A stretch of DNA of 64,000 nucleotides from NCBI GenBank assembly GCA_951406725.2, contig OX597814.1:143902001-143966000 (forward strand). Reading direction: 5' to 3'. The notes below the pieces were generated by a model. That model was not told the DNA's origin. It saw only the letters and a program-made list of their open reading frames with translations, and ran no database searches. This DNA is from Octopus vulgaris (Eukaryota). Shown here piece after piece: positions 1 to 11,952 of this stretch; the first letter of the stretch is position 1; every line of letters begins with the position of its first letter. The position numbers and the translations under genes are program-made.

Positions 1-637
1 GTTGCGTTGGAGAAATTTGCTTTTATTTTACATACAGCATAGACGAATAGGAATAACCTTCAAACATTATAAGATTTTTATATTTTTTCTAAAGCTATAA
101 TAATAATAATAATGATTATAATAATAGGCACAGGGTCTGAAATTTGGTGGAGGGGCCTAGTTGAAATCGATCCCCAGTGCTCAGTTGGTACTTATTTTAT
201 TAACTAAGAAAGGATGAAAGGCAAAGTTGACCTCAGCGGAGCGTAAAGGCGTAAGAAATGTTTTCTAGCATTTTATCCGGTGCTGGAAGAACCTTGCCAT
301 CTCACTACCTTCGTAAAAATAATAATTCTTTCTACTATAGGCACAAGGCCTAAGATTTCTTGCGGGCGTGGGCTAGTCGATTAAATCGACCCCAGTGCTT
401 AATTGGTACTTATTCCATCACATTGCGAATTGCTAATATTGGAAAACAACAGGAATAGACATGGTCCCCAACTTCGGGCTGAAAACTCATAAACGCATAA
501 TAGGTGTATTTAATGAATTACTAAGCCGGCCAAGATTAACACCTGACTGGATGCTGGAGAAGAAAACCATTCTAAAGCACAAAAGCAAAAACACCATACT
601 CCTCAAAATTATATGCCTATAACATACCTACTGACAA

Positions 638-1047
638 CTGTGTGGTAAGAAGCTTGCTTTCCCAACCCCCAGTTTCCGAGACCAGTCCCACTGCGTGGCA
701 CCTTAGGCAAGTGTCTTCTAAAGATTTGTGAGTGGATTTGGTCGGCAGAAACAGAAAGAAGCCCGTCGTATATATATGTATGCATGTGTGTGTGTATTTA
801 TGTATGTATGTATGTATTTATGTGTGTATGTGTCTGTGTTTGTCCACCCCCCCCCGCCATCACTTGACAACCGATGCTAGTGTGTTTATGTTCCTGTAAC
901 CTAGCGGTTCGGTAAAAGAGACTGATAGAATATGCTAGGCTTACAAAGACTAAGTCCTGGGGTCGATTTCGTCGACTAAAACCCTTCAAGGCGGTACTCT
1001 AGCGTGCCCGCAGTCAACTGACTGAAACAAGTAAAAGAATAAAAGAA
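638..1047 (+). mobile_element. SINE family A (tRNA-like head, CORE-like segment, internal microsatellite)
   Basis: Matches the many other copies in the window; ggcaccttaggcaagtgtctt segment; tail ...gactgaaacaagtaaaagaa. Confidence 0.85.
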
Positions 1048-1529
1048 CATATACAGCGTCAATAATGTGCAGCCAGTTATTTGCACACCTGGAAAACCGT
1101 ATTTGACCAGATGAATAAGACGGAAACCGTTAAAATATGTATGGCTGTGAAAAGCAACCACTAATAAATCTAGCCGCTTATAGAAGATTGTATACAGAAG
1201 AAAACAAACCTCGGTATTCTAGATTCATACATATTGGAGTCACTCTACATAAATAAAGTAGTTCTATCGTTGCTGAGTCAGTCTTATGCTCATAAAGCAG
1301 AAAACCAGTACAACATTGGAGAGAAAAAATCGGTGGAGAAAGATTATTTAAAATCAGCCCTGTATACAAACGGCAGAAAAGTGGGAAAGATAATGAATTT
1401 CCTTAGAATATTTTTTTTGCTTATAATACTTCATTTTGTTACAGGCACAGGGCCTGAAATTTGGAGGAAAGGTTTAGTTGAAATTGATCCCAGCGCTCAA
1501 CTGGTACTTCTTTTATTATTATTACGAAA

Positions 1530-1750
1530 AGCGGTGAGATGGCTGAATTCTTACAGGGACAGACAAAATTCTGCGAAGCACTCCTTACGCCTTTACGTTC
1601 TGAGATCAAATTCCGCAGAGATCGACTTTGCCTTTCATCATTTTTTTTTTGGTGGGGGGGGGGTCGATAAAATAAGTACCAGTTGAGCAGTGGGGTCGCT
1701 TTCAACTAAACCCCTCCTCCAAATTTCAGGCCTTGGGCCTATAACAAAAA
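1530..1750 (+). mobile_element. SINE family B (tRNA-like head)
   Basis: gttctgagatcaaattccgc...gcctttcatc...gtcgataaaataagtaccag is shared with more than 15 copies, including minus-strand copies at about 120-420. Confidence 0.8.
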
Positions 1751-2041
1751 AGAATTATTATAAGCAAAATATTCAAAGGAAACTTGTTATCTTTTCCATT
1801 ATTAAAACACGCCTGTAGAACGAAACTACCACAAGGTACAGATGCTACGGGAAAAATATAATCTATTTATGTCTATGGACAAGTCAAAAATATTAATGAA
1901 AAATATCACTAAAGAAGGAAACATCTTAAAATTTGTCCACAGTATCAGCGAGGCCATAAGGAAGAATACAGGATTAAACAAATGTGCTAAACGACACCAA
2001 GAAGAGACAAATTAATAAGCACTAAGAATATTACAGTCAAC

Positions 2042-2088
<47 letters not shown>

Positions 2089-2089
<1 letters not shown>

Positions 2090-2172
2090 CTCAGACCAAC
2101 AAAATCCCTGTCAGTGGATTTGGTAGACGGAAAACTGAATCAAGCCCGTCATATGTATATACATATACATAA

Positions 2173-2222
<50 letters not shown>

Positions 2223-2356
2223 CGGGTTTGTGTCAGTTTTCCGTCTACCGAATCCACGGACAAGGATTTTGTCGGTCTGAAGTTATAGCAGTGAGTCTGA
2301 ACCCGAAACTATGTAGTTGGGAAACAAGCTTCTTACCACACACCCACGCCTGCGAC
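2089..2356. mobile_element. Two SINE A 5' halves in inverted orientation around a (TA)n tract
   Basis: 2113-2152 is the near reverse complement of 2219-2258. Confidence 0.75.
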
Positions 2357-2407
2357 TATATGTGTGTGTGTGTGTGTGTGTTTGTGTATGTGTGTGTGTG
2401 TGTGTGT

Positions 2408-2450
<43 letters not shown>

Positions 2451-2539
2451 CATAGATATACTTAGATATGTTTCGACCAAAGATTGGTCCAGGCCATATC
2501 TAACTTAATAGCACCACCTGATCGGATTATCTAAATCCT

Positions 2540-2830
2540 TTTTAAGTCAAGTTTTGTTTATGGTTCATTCAAGTAGTGAGTTCTCGTTGAGTGAATTGTA
2601 TCCAGGTATGGGTGGCTTATCTGGTATTCCTAGAAGAAATCTGTCGAGACTACGTTTAAAGATGATGGGATCCTTTACCTCTTTGATCAGTTTTGGGACA
2701 ATGTTAGAGGAAAAGAAATTATGTCGCACATTACCTATATGTTGTCATCCTGAATTGGGCTGGGGACGTATGGTCCGTGCTCCCAGCCTTGGATGAACAT
2801 TGAAACTAATGTTCAGGTTGTTAAAGTTAA
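2540..2830 (-). mobile_element. CR1-group LINE 3' end relic
   Basis: Minus strand reads FKRSLDRFLLGIPDKPPIPGY, typical of the CR1/Crack ORF2 C-terminus. Confidence 0.6.
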
Positions 2831-3161
2831 AAAATGAGAGTAGAAATTAATATTAATTTATTATCACTTTAAACCAGAACTTTATACACGTTCTCCTTTG
2901 GGAGGACGTCTTGTGTCTAGTTCTGTGAATTATGTTTTTCATGCAACGGCTGCACTGATGAGCTACGGACACTTCCATTTGGGAATGTTAATAGCGAAAT
3001 CTAGGTATATAAAATTTTGCCAAATTTTGTATCTTTTCATTTTTCTTACTCGTTTTACATTCTGGCGTTTGCTGAAATTTCTTGGGCACACATTCTTTGT
3101 GGTAAGACGATTTGGCATTTTCTTCTAGTATATTATGAATCCACCTTGGTGGTTATTCTCT

Positions 3162-3233
<72 letters not shown>

Positions 3234-3959
3234 GTATGTATGTATATACATATACATATATATAAACATATATATCTGTATGTATGTATGTATGTATGTA
3301 TGTATGTATGTATGTCTTAATTCCCGCTATTTCAGCCTGAGGCAGATTTCATGCTGAAAGGAGATAGTTGTACTCCACAGTATTCGTTTTTGATAAGAGC
3401 GTTCAGGAAAACTATGTCCAGATAATCCATAATGTGATGTTATTTCTCCATCTCTTAGGTTGCCGACCTATGTTTTCCTTCCATTAATTATGCCTTCCTA
3501 ATGGACCTTGCTGAGTTGACAAACCATTCATTTAGTGTGGCTTAGTAGTTTGAGTGCTATATTTTTTGATTCATAGGTGATCGGTTGTAATCTAGGAGTT
3601 TAGGGCTGGTAATAAAGTCGCATTACATGATTTTGAAAAGTTTTTTGTTTCTGTAGTGCGACAGAAGACTAGTTAACACGTAGTAGACCATATAAAACTT
3701 ATCAAAAACAAAACGTATGACAACACACAAATTTAATCTGGAGCTCAAACGTACAATGCATGAGAAACCAATAAAACAAATTTCCTAATTGCTCTACCTT
3801 GAACACAAACTCTCTTCAAAGAACGATGGAATGATAGCTGTGAATCACAGAATCGGATTTGGTCGGTCAGACTTTGATAACAACAAAATTACACTTACTT
3901 CAAATTGGATCCCATACCACGTAAAATGAAGCATCTACAACACATATGTCCTTCCAGTG

Positions 3960-4032
<73 letters not shown>

Positions 4033-4592
4033 TGTGTGTGTACAAAAAAAAAGACACTGGAGTCTGTTGAGATATTTCATACACACAAAAAATAACGAAT
4101 ATTGTTACTACGAACGACGAGACGTGTAGAGAATTTTTGTTCTTGGTGTTGTTACAGCAGAGCAGATGATAAGCTGTTATATATATATATATATAATACC
4201 TACTGTTTCAATGAGTGTGTATGTACATATATATATAACACGCTTACATGTATTTGTGATTGTCCATATCAGAAATTATCTTTACTTAAACCTGTTTTAG
4301 AGATAAAGTTGAAAGTGCTGGTTACTTACGGTAAGAAATATCAGGTTCGCGATCACTATTCAAATGATCAACAGCTTAAGATCTGAAACAAAATGATAGC
4401 CAGCTATATATAAAAATATATATATATACACATAGCCACTCGCACTACTCTTAAACAAATATTCATTTGCTTAGGCGTCTGTAGAACTCTCTCCCCCTTT
4501 CTCTCTCTCTCTATCCCTTTCTCTCTATCTTTCTCCTCTTCTCTCTCTCTCTTCATAAACACATGCATGTGTTAATATACATTTCAGTGTAT

Positions 4593-4641
<49 letters not shown>

Positions 4642-4746
4642 TGTATTGATTGAGTGATTGATTGAAATGGCAAGACAGCAAAAGAATAAAAGAGACCTCG
4701 ATATTATGTAAATAGAGGAATTTATCTGTAAATGTAATATGTGACA

Positions 4747-4827
4747 ATTATTCGGTAGCCATGATAAAACTCTGAGTTTCCGTCCCGACATCCAAAACTT
4801 GGAGTTTTCTCATGGCTACCGAATAAT
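4747..4827. repeat. ~80-bp hairpin next to (TA)n
   Basis: attattcggtagccatgataaaactctgagttt pairs with aaacttggagttttctcatggctaccgaataat. Confidence 0.8.
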
Positions 4828-4831
4828 ACAG

Positions 4832-4927
<96 letters not shown>

Positions 4928-4960
4928 CTGTGTGTGTATGTATGTATGTATATATACATA

Positions 4961-5010
<50 letters not shown>

Positions 5011-5353
5011 CACATACATACATACATAAACATAAACACACACACACGCACACACTCACAGACGCATATACATACATATATATACATATACGTATATTCA
5101 TATATGGATATAAAAATCCATATATTCATATTCATTTAGATATGTGTGTGTGTGTGTGTATGCGTTTGTATAAGTGTACGTATGAAAAAACATAAACGTA
5201 CGTGCATACCCATACATATATATATACGTGTACGTGCTTGCGTGTATTTGCATTTGTGTTTATGCATGACTTTTGGTATTTTTAAGTAAATTTGAATATC
5301 AGGGATATTATTAGGAAGCTAAAGATAGAAAAAAATAAATCACTGTCCAGAGC

Positions 5354-5403
<50 letters not shown>

Positions 5404-5768
5404 CATTTGCTGATACATATTATTTACCTAAGTACTTAGATTCTCTGACACAAACATTTATACATATATATTTATACATACGTGTAATGATACATGTTTG
5501 AACACATACATAATGCAGAATTTAAGTACAAACAGTAGTAGAAAACATACGTACATAATGGCAAAGGAACATAAATGCTATGCAAAAAGTCAGTATGTTT
5601 CTGTTTTTTTTATCTTCTCCTATTGACTTAGGTTTTATGTGGATTCAGATGGTACGTAACCTATCACTCCACGTGTTTATTGAAAAAGGAATATCGACCG
5701 CTTGTAATGCAGATGCTAGCCTTGACTGTTTCCAGGCACGAAAGTTTGAATGTATGTACGTATGTTTT

Positions 5769-5803
<35 letters not shown>

Positions 5804-5834
5804 ATGTATGTATGTATGTATGTATGTATGTATG

Positions 5835-5890
<56 letters not shown>

Positions 5891-6700
5891 AACACGTAAA
5901 CACACACATTCAGGCTTTCGTGTTTACATACAAAAATGTATACACGCGCAAAAAATATACATACGCACACACACATACACGTACATACATACATACATAC
6001 ATACTTACATACATACATACGTACATATATACATACACACATTCATACACACATACATACATACATACATACATACATACATACATACATACATACACAC
6101 ATACATACATACATACATACATACATACATACATACATACATACATACATACATACATACATACATACATACATACATACATACGCGAAGAATTCATAAA
6201 ATTTTTTTAAGGATTCTGTAATTTTAAGTGCTATTTTGTATGCTAATTTAATATTAAGTGGAAAAATTTACCAACAGTACGTACTAGGTCTTCTCAGTGA
6301 GTTAACTGAGAGATTCAGGTTGGAAAATGTATGATATTGAAGGAGCACGATAGGTTGGTATGTCATGTTTAGTGTAACGTATGGGTACAATTTACTGGAG
6401 GTCTATTTATTGGCAAAAAGACAAGAGACACTAATATAAAAAGCGATAGTATTAACTGTGATCTAAGAAAAATTATAGCTATTAGCATTATTTGCTTGCC
6501 TGGGCTGAAGAGAGATTATTGAGGCAGATTTCGTATGGTTTTCTGCCACCAAGCCTTTCTTGCTTTCAAGCAAGGTAATATTTCCCCATGGCAAGACATG
6601 TTCTAACAGAATATTGGAAAGGAAAGGCTATCATTTGCAACATTACGTAATGTCAAGACAAGGAGGTACAAACATCCACGCACACACACACACACACATA

Positions 6701-7245
6701 CAGGGGGTGGATGTAGTGGTTTTCTGATTGCATTCCTCCCGTGAAATCTGGCTTTGTGCAGCTCCCGGCGAACAGTTTTGTGGAAACTGGGTTCTCAAGG
6801 TGGTCATTAAGCTCTGCAGTAATTTTGGGAGCTGTACTTTTGTGATCTTTTCTAACAATTTGCATGAGTCCGATGGTCCCTATCTGAAAGTTTTGGTTTT
6901 CTTCTGGAGTTTTTTTCGACGAGGTTTTTCCCTCTTTCTCAAAAGCTGTCATTACTTTTGAGACTACACTTCTTGATACACCAAACATTTCGGCTGTTAT
7001 CGTTACGTTAGTGCCTGCCATATGAGCACCAACAATTTGACTGGTTTGAAAGTCCGATAGATCTGTCATTTTAATGAATTTTAATTACCTTTTTCTGATG
7101 ATATCTGAAAAGAAATAGTAAGTTTAGCAAAACATATTAAGCAACACCAATAATAAATGAAAATATAAAATTAAACAATATTTTGACGGTTTTATAGATA
7201 TTTCAAAATTATGATGCGTGTTTCCATTAGTTTGTCCAACCGCCG
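6701..7245 (-). mobile_element. Internally deleted Tc1-like transposon
   Basis: ORF 6653-7069 has a Tc1 N-terminal HTH (DLSDFQTSQIVGA...GVSRSVVSKV; KITAELN); degenerate TIRs cagggggtgga and tccaaccgccg, each flanked by TA. Confidence 0.8.
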
Positions 7246-7931
7246 TATATTATATAAATACACACAGACAACAGCCAGCTTTCACTTTTTGTCTACCAAA
7301 TCCACTCACATGGCTTTGTTTTGGCTCGGAGGTATAATAAAAACACTTGCCCAAGGTGCCATGCAATGTGACTGAGCCTGAAACTGTGGTTAGGAAGCAA
7401 ACTTAACTACATAGCCATGCCTATTTATATAATCTGTTTGCATAGGATTTCTTCACAGAAACGATGCAAATCAGCCTTCAATTATTTCTAACCATAATAC
7501 ATTTCTTATATGCTAAAATGAAATTTTTAAGATAATCTGGAATTTACATGGGTTTTGTAAAACTAATTTGTTTATTGGTATATTAGGTGTTTGGAACAAC
7601 ACCAAGAAAATTTTGAAATATTCAAATTTTATTTAAATCTCACTCCACAGTACATATCATCAATTGTTCAATTAGCATATCTGACATTTGAAGCATAGGT
7701 CAATAAAGTAATTGTACACTTTGTTGGGTTGCCAATACAATAGCATGAAAAACGGAAATGCCTCAATGTAAAGAAAACTACTCTATTGAATGTGTATTGA
7801 ACTGTGATGATGCCGGAACACTAGATTCAAGCTAATTATGTTGACTCTCAGTACATAGTCCAGCTTGGTACATTATTAAATGTTTGTCACTCTTTGATTT
7901 AAAGGAATGCACAAGTGATTATATATCTATA

Positions 7932-7989
<58 letters not shown>

Positions 7990-7995
<6 letters not shown>

Positions 7996-8895
7996 AAAAT
8001 ATCTCGGAATACTAAATGTATTCAGCAAAATCGCCATTGGCACCAACCACGGCCCCCAGACTACTTCGGAATCTTCTGCAGCTCTTCTGGGAGGCTTCCT
8101 TCTGTAAGTTGGTAAATACTGACATAATCCTTGTCGTCTGTTCATCTTTGGCGTTACAAGGAGCTTTGCTGGTCTCTCGCTCAACTGCGCCCCTCACATA
8201 ATAATCAAACACCGCGATGTTGACTGGATGTTTGATTTTTATGACTCGCAGTACATATTTTGGAGACACTGCAAACAACAGTTGTTCTATGTATTCACCA
8301 TCTGATCCTGACAGAAATTTTTCCGGCTGAGAAAAACCAAAGCATGTTCGATTGGAGGGGATGCTTAAGTTTGTTCAAAACCTTCTTAACGCAGTCTTTC
8401 CTCTTGTTCTTGATGGCTTCAGATAAAAAGTGGCCCTTTCTCATCTTGTATGAGGAATACAGAATGTTTTCATGCACTACCTGCCTGATAAGAAACTCAG
8501 ACACTCCCATGTCACTGGCAATGAACCTGAGTGACATTAAGGAAACGTTGTCAATCATGGCCTGGATGTTAACAACAAATTCAGGAGTTATTTCCTTATC
8601 AGAACGATCAGAGTGAGTTTTCCAAGCTGCCGTATCTTCGTAATCACCATCAGATTCATCTAACTCTTTCCGAATCTTCTGGACTGTCCTCAGACTGACA
8701 CCCAGGTACTCTGAAATGTTCGTAGTGAAGCTTCCGGCGTGAATGCCATGTCTTTTCCAAATTCCTGCCAGAGCGAATTGCGTCATGGAGCTGTTCTCCT
8801 TACAGGCGGTGCCCAACTGATCCTACTATACTGTGCAGTCAACAAAATCAAAGACAAGCAGTATAAAAATATAAAATGGCGACGATTTACCCACT
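7990..8895 (-). mobile_element. maT/DD37D-type transposase relic lacking most of the catalytic domain
   Basis: ORF 8295-8816 (SYKMRKGHFLS...NKLKHP...WFFS) and ORF 8012-8278, which joins KHPVNIAVF directly to DYYVRGAVERET...CRRFRSSLGAVV; homologous to the 39.4-41.1 kb element. Confidence 0.85.
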
Positions 8896-8949
8896 AAACG
8901 TCAAGTACTACATTTAGGAAGCTGACTTTAGTCTATCCCTCGTGCATGT

Positions 8950-10107
8950 GCACTCGTTAGATATTTGGTACTTCAACATAGTTCGACGCAAACCTGGAAT
9001 CACATGAAAATGGAGAGCCAAAGCGAACAGAATCGACATCTTGTACTGTTTTTTTTTTATATTTTAAAACAGGCAAGAAAATGGTGAAACCAGGAGTAAA
9101 ATATGCAATATGTAGGGGGAGGTTGCTCTTACGGAACGTGTGTGCCAGCCTGGTTTTCAAGATTTCGATTGGGAAATTCTTCGATTCAAGATACATCTCA
9201 CTCTGGCTGGTCAATTGAGATTAACAACGACAAAATGAATGAGACAGTTGATACCAGACTCCGTCGTATGACCAGGATGGTCGCAGATATTCTCCAGATG
9301 TCCAAATCGAGTGTTGAAAAACTAAGTACATCAATTTAGTTAGTCTGTGGGCTCGATGACTGGGACCCACAGCAATTGAATGAGGCTAATCTCGTCCAAC
9401 GAATTTACATCTGCGATTCGTTGCAGAAACGTGAGGAAAACGATCCTTTTCTAAAAAGTGTAATGACAGAGGGCGGAAAATGGATCGTTTATAAGTGCAA
9501 ACGATCATGGGAGAAGCGCGGCGAACCGCCTCAAACAACGTCCAAAGGAAATCTTCACCAGAAGAAGATTATGCTTTCAATTTGGTTGGATTGGAAGGGT
9601 GTTATATTCTACGAGCTTCTTCTCACAGACAAAACCATAAATTCGGATAGATGTGTACAATGACAAATAAATTATACTCAGCGATCCACCAGAAGCATCC
9701 AGCATTTGCTAGTCGTAAGGATATTGTATTTTATCACGACATTGCAGACACCACACTTCTTTGCAGACGCGAGAGAAATTACTGAGTCTTGACTGGGAAG
9801 TTTTGCCGCATCCTCTATATTCGCCTGATCTTGAGCCTTCATATTTCCACCTATTATGGTCTCTTCAAAATTGATTGAATGACAGACCTTCATCTCTGAA
9901 GAGGATGTAAAAAATTCCGCTGAAAGAGTCTTTAGCCAGAAAAGATAGGAAATTCTTTGAGTAGGGAATAATGGATTTGACCACAAGATGGCAGAAGATA
10001 CTGGGCCTAAACGGTAACTATACCACTGATTGAATAAATCACTTTGTGTTTAAAACTTTAGTCGTATTTTCGATTAAAAAACTGAACGAACTTTTATGAT
10101 CAACCCA

Positions 10108-10109
<2 letters not shown>
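8950..10109 (+). mobile_element. mariner transposase pseudogene with right TIR
   Basis: QRIYICDSLQKREENDPFLKSVMTEGGKWIVY and LHQKKIMLSIWLDWKG; end ...gaacttttatgatcaacccaat; frameshifted. Confidence 0.85.
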
Positions 10110-10193
<84 letters not shown>

Positions 10194-10284
10194 GCATGCA
10201 AATCATTACATATTTAAATTTGGGTGTTTTAACTTTATGTGTATGTACATATCTGTACATATGAGTGTGCATATGTAAGAAGTG

Positions 10285-10478
10285 GTATTGTAAAGTTCCT
10301 GGCTTTAAGTTGTAACACGAAAGGCCCGACTGCAGGTCCAAACTACCGAGTTCTTTTACAGGTCTTAGAAAATCTGCAAGACCGCTGCAGTAAGCGTATG
10401 AATCTGAAATCATAATTAACTGATTCTCCTGTATTTTCTTTTACCCAAAGCCAAGCACTTTTTAGCACCCCTTTGTAT
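10285..10478. mobile_element. mariner-derived MITE (~200 bp)
   Basis: aaagttcctggcttt ... aaagccaagcactttttagcacccc; second copy at 14744-14942. Confidence 0.65.
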
Positions 10479-11122
10479 ACATAGCACAAAGTAAACCTTC
10501 TATTAATGGAAACTATAATTTCCTAATTGGCTGGGATCTTTCTTATCATGTGAAGCACAACTACAATTTTATATTGAAGCCTCAGTTATAGCAGGCATAA
10601 ATTTGAAGTGATAGCTCTATGGTAATATTTGCAGATGTTCCATTAATGAAGAATAGATTTTTTTTTCCTTTTTCTTTGTCTTCAACATTATGTTAACATT
10701 TATTATCTTCAGCATAAGGCCAGATGATTGTTTAATCATTATATTTTACATAATGCTGACGTTTGTTTCTTTTAACTTTGAAAACAAATTTCCACAATCA
10801 TACTTATTTTTCTTTTCTCTATCTTAGGTCAGTATGCCCTAACTGTTGAATGAATAGATTACAAAGGTTTTAAAAGAATCAATCAATTACTTTCATGTTA
10901 TACTTGAGATTATTTCCTACATCGCTATAAGTTCTTATATTTTGTTCTTCAAGATTCTCTTTCCTAAATATTGCATTGTATAGTGTTTTTGGCCATTACA
11001 TTATGTTTCATAAATAAATAGTCTTGTGATAACATTTTCAAAACATCAGAGCTGGTTGAGAAAATTTGCGATTCTCTGAATGAAGACCGTCGTGTGTCTA
11101 TAAAGACAATATGCACATAGTT

Positions 11123-11315
11123 CTACATTAAAGAGATGAGGAATTATGTACTTCATTTACATTATTTACATTTGACGGATATTTGTCCTCATCTTGTTTG
11201 TTGTTAACACAACGTTTCGGCTGATATACCCTCCAGCCTTCATCAAGTGTCTTAGGGAAATTTCGAACCTGAGTTCTCATTCCTAAGGAATTTTTCGGTT
11301 TTGTTGTTGTTGTTG

Positions 11316-11361
<46 letters not shown>

Positions 11362-11497
11362 CATTATTATTATTATCATCATTATTCAGGTCACTGCCTG
11401 GAGTCGAACTCGGAATCTTGGGGTTAGTAGCCCGCGCTCTTAACCACTACGCCATATGCCAAGGGCAAATGTAAATATGTAAATAATGTAAATAATG
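11123..11497 (-). mobile_element. Family E: tRNA-headed SINE with (AAT)n spacer and hammerhead-ribozyme tail
   Basis: A box TGGCGTAGTGG (11444-11454), B box GAGTTCGACTCC (11400-11411), HHR motif at 11206-11251, imperfect 15-bp TSD at 11108-11122 and 11498-11512. Confidence 0.8.
11206..11251 (-). ncRNA. Minimal type I hammerhead ribozyme (C3U in this copy)
   Basis: GACAC-UUGAUGA-A-GGCUG-loop-CAGCC-GAAA-C-GUU-GUGUU; stems I and II pair and stem III is palindromic (AACGUU). Confidence 0.75.
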
Positions 11498-11728
11498 AAT
11501 ATGCATACAGTTTGAAGTTAGTGTAGCAATTGTGCACAGAATTACTCATCAAAATCTGAATATGCGCAAAATTTGTGAAAAGTTTGTTCCGAGGATTAGT
11601 CAATGACGAACAAAAGGAAAGACGTGTTGATAGCAGTTGGGAGCGGGTTGAGCTCATTGCCTCCTCTTCAAGAGTACTTAAGTTTCTGATGACGAAAGCT
11701 GAATTTACAATGACGAACAAAAGGAAAG

Positions 11729-11815
11729 ACATTTGACGGATATTTGTCCTCATCTTGGTTCTGATTCCCAAGGTGTTTTTCGATGTTGTTATTATTATCA
11801 TCATTATTTTTATGA

Positions 11816-11883
<68 letters not shown>

Positions 11884-11885
11884 AC

Positions 11886-11952
<67 letters not shown>
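11729..11952 (-). mobile_element. Partial family E copy with the HHR deleted, followed by a long (ATT)n
   Basis: atttgacggatatttgtcctcatcttg is joined directly to gttctgattcccaaggtgtttttcgatg. Confidence 0.7.

Larger units (their letters stand above)
430..2040 (+). mobile_element. Highly decayed R4/Dong-type LINE RT relic, interrupted by SINEs
   Basis: Fragments translate to NWKTTGIDMVPNF, TPDWML, PQNYMPIT, YGCEKQPLIN and GLNKCA, matching motifs of the Dong-like copies at 12-14.6 kb and 23.5-26.8 kb. Confidence 0.65.
11040..11710 (+). mobile_element. mariner transposase fragment split by the 11123-11497 insertion
   Basis: KTSELVEKICDSLNEDRRVSIKTIC continues after the insertion as QFEVSVAIVHRITHQNLNMRKICEKFVPR. 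Confidence 0.75.

Noticed and set aside
4195-4280. Minus-strand CUGAUAU...GAAACAGUA motif
   Set aside because: The core is degenerate and stems I and II do not pair convincingly
4722-6210. Many YI/CV/HT-rich ORFs here and throughout the window
   Set aside because: They are translations of (TA)n, (TG)n and (TATG)n microsatellites
11386-11465. tRNA gene (apparent ACT anticodon), and similar heads in families C and D
   Set aside because: No acceptor stem or terminator; each continues into a repeat body, so these are SINE heads
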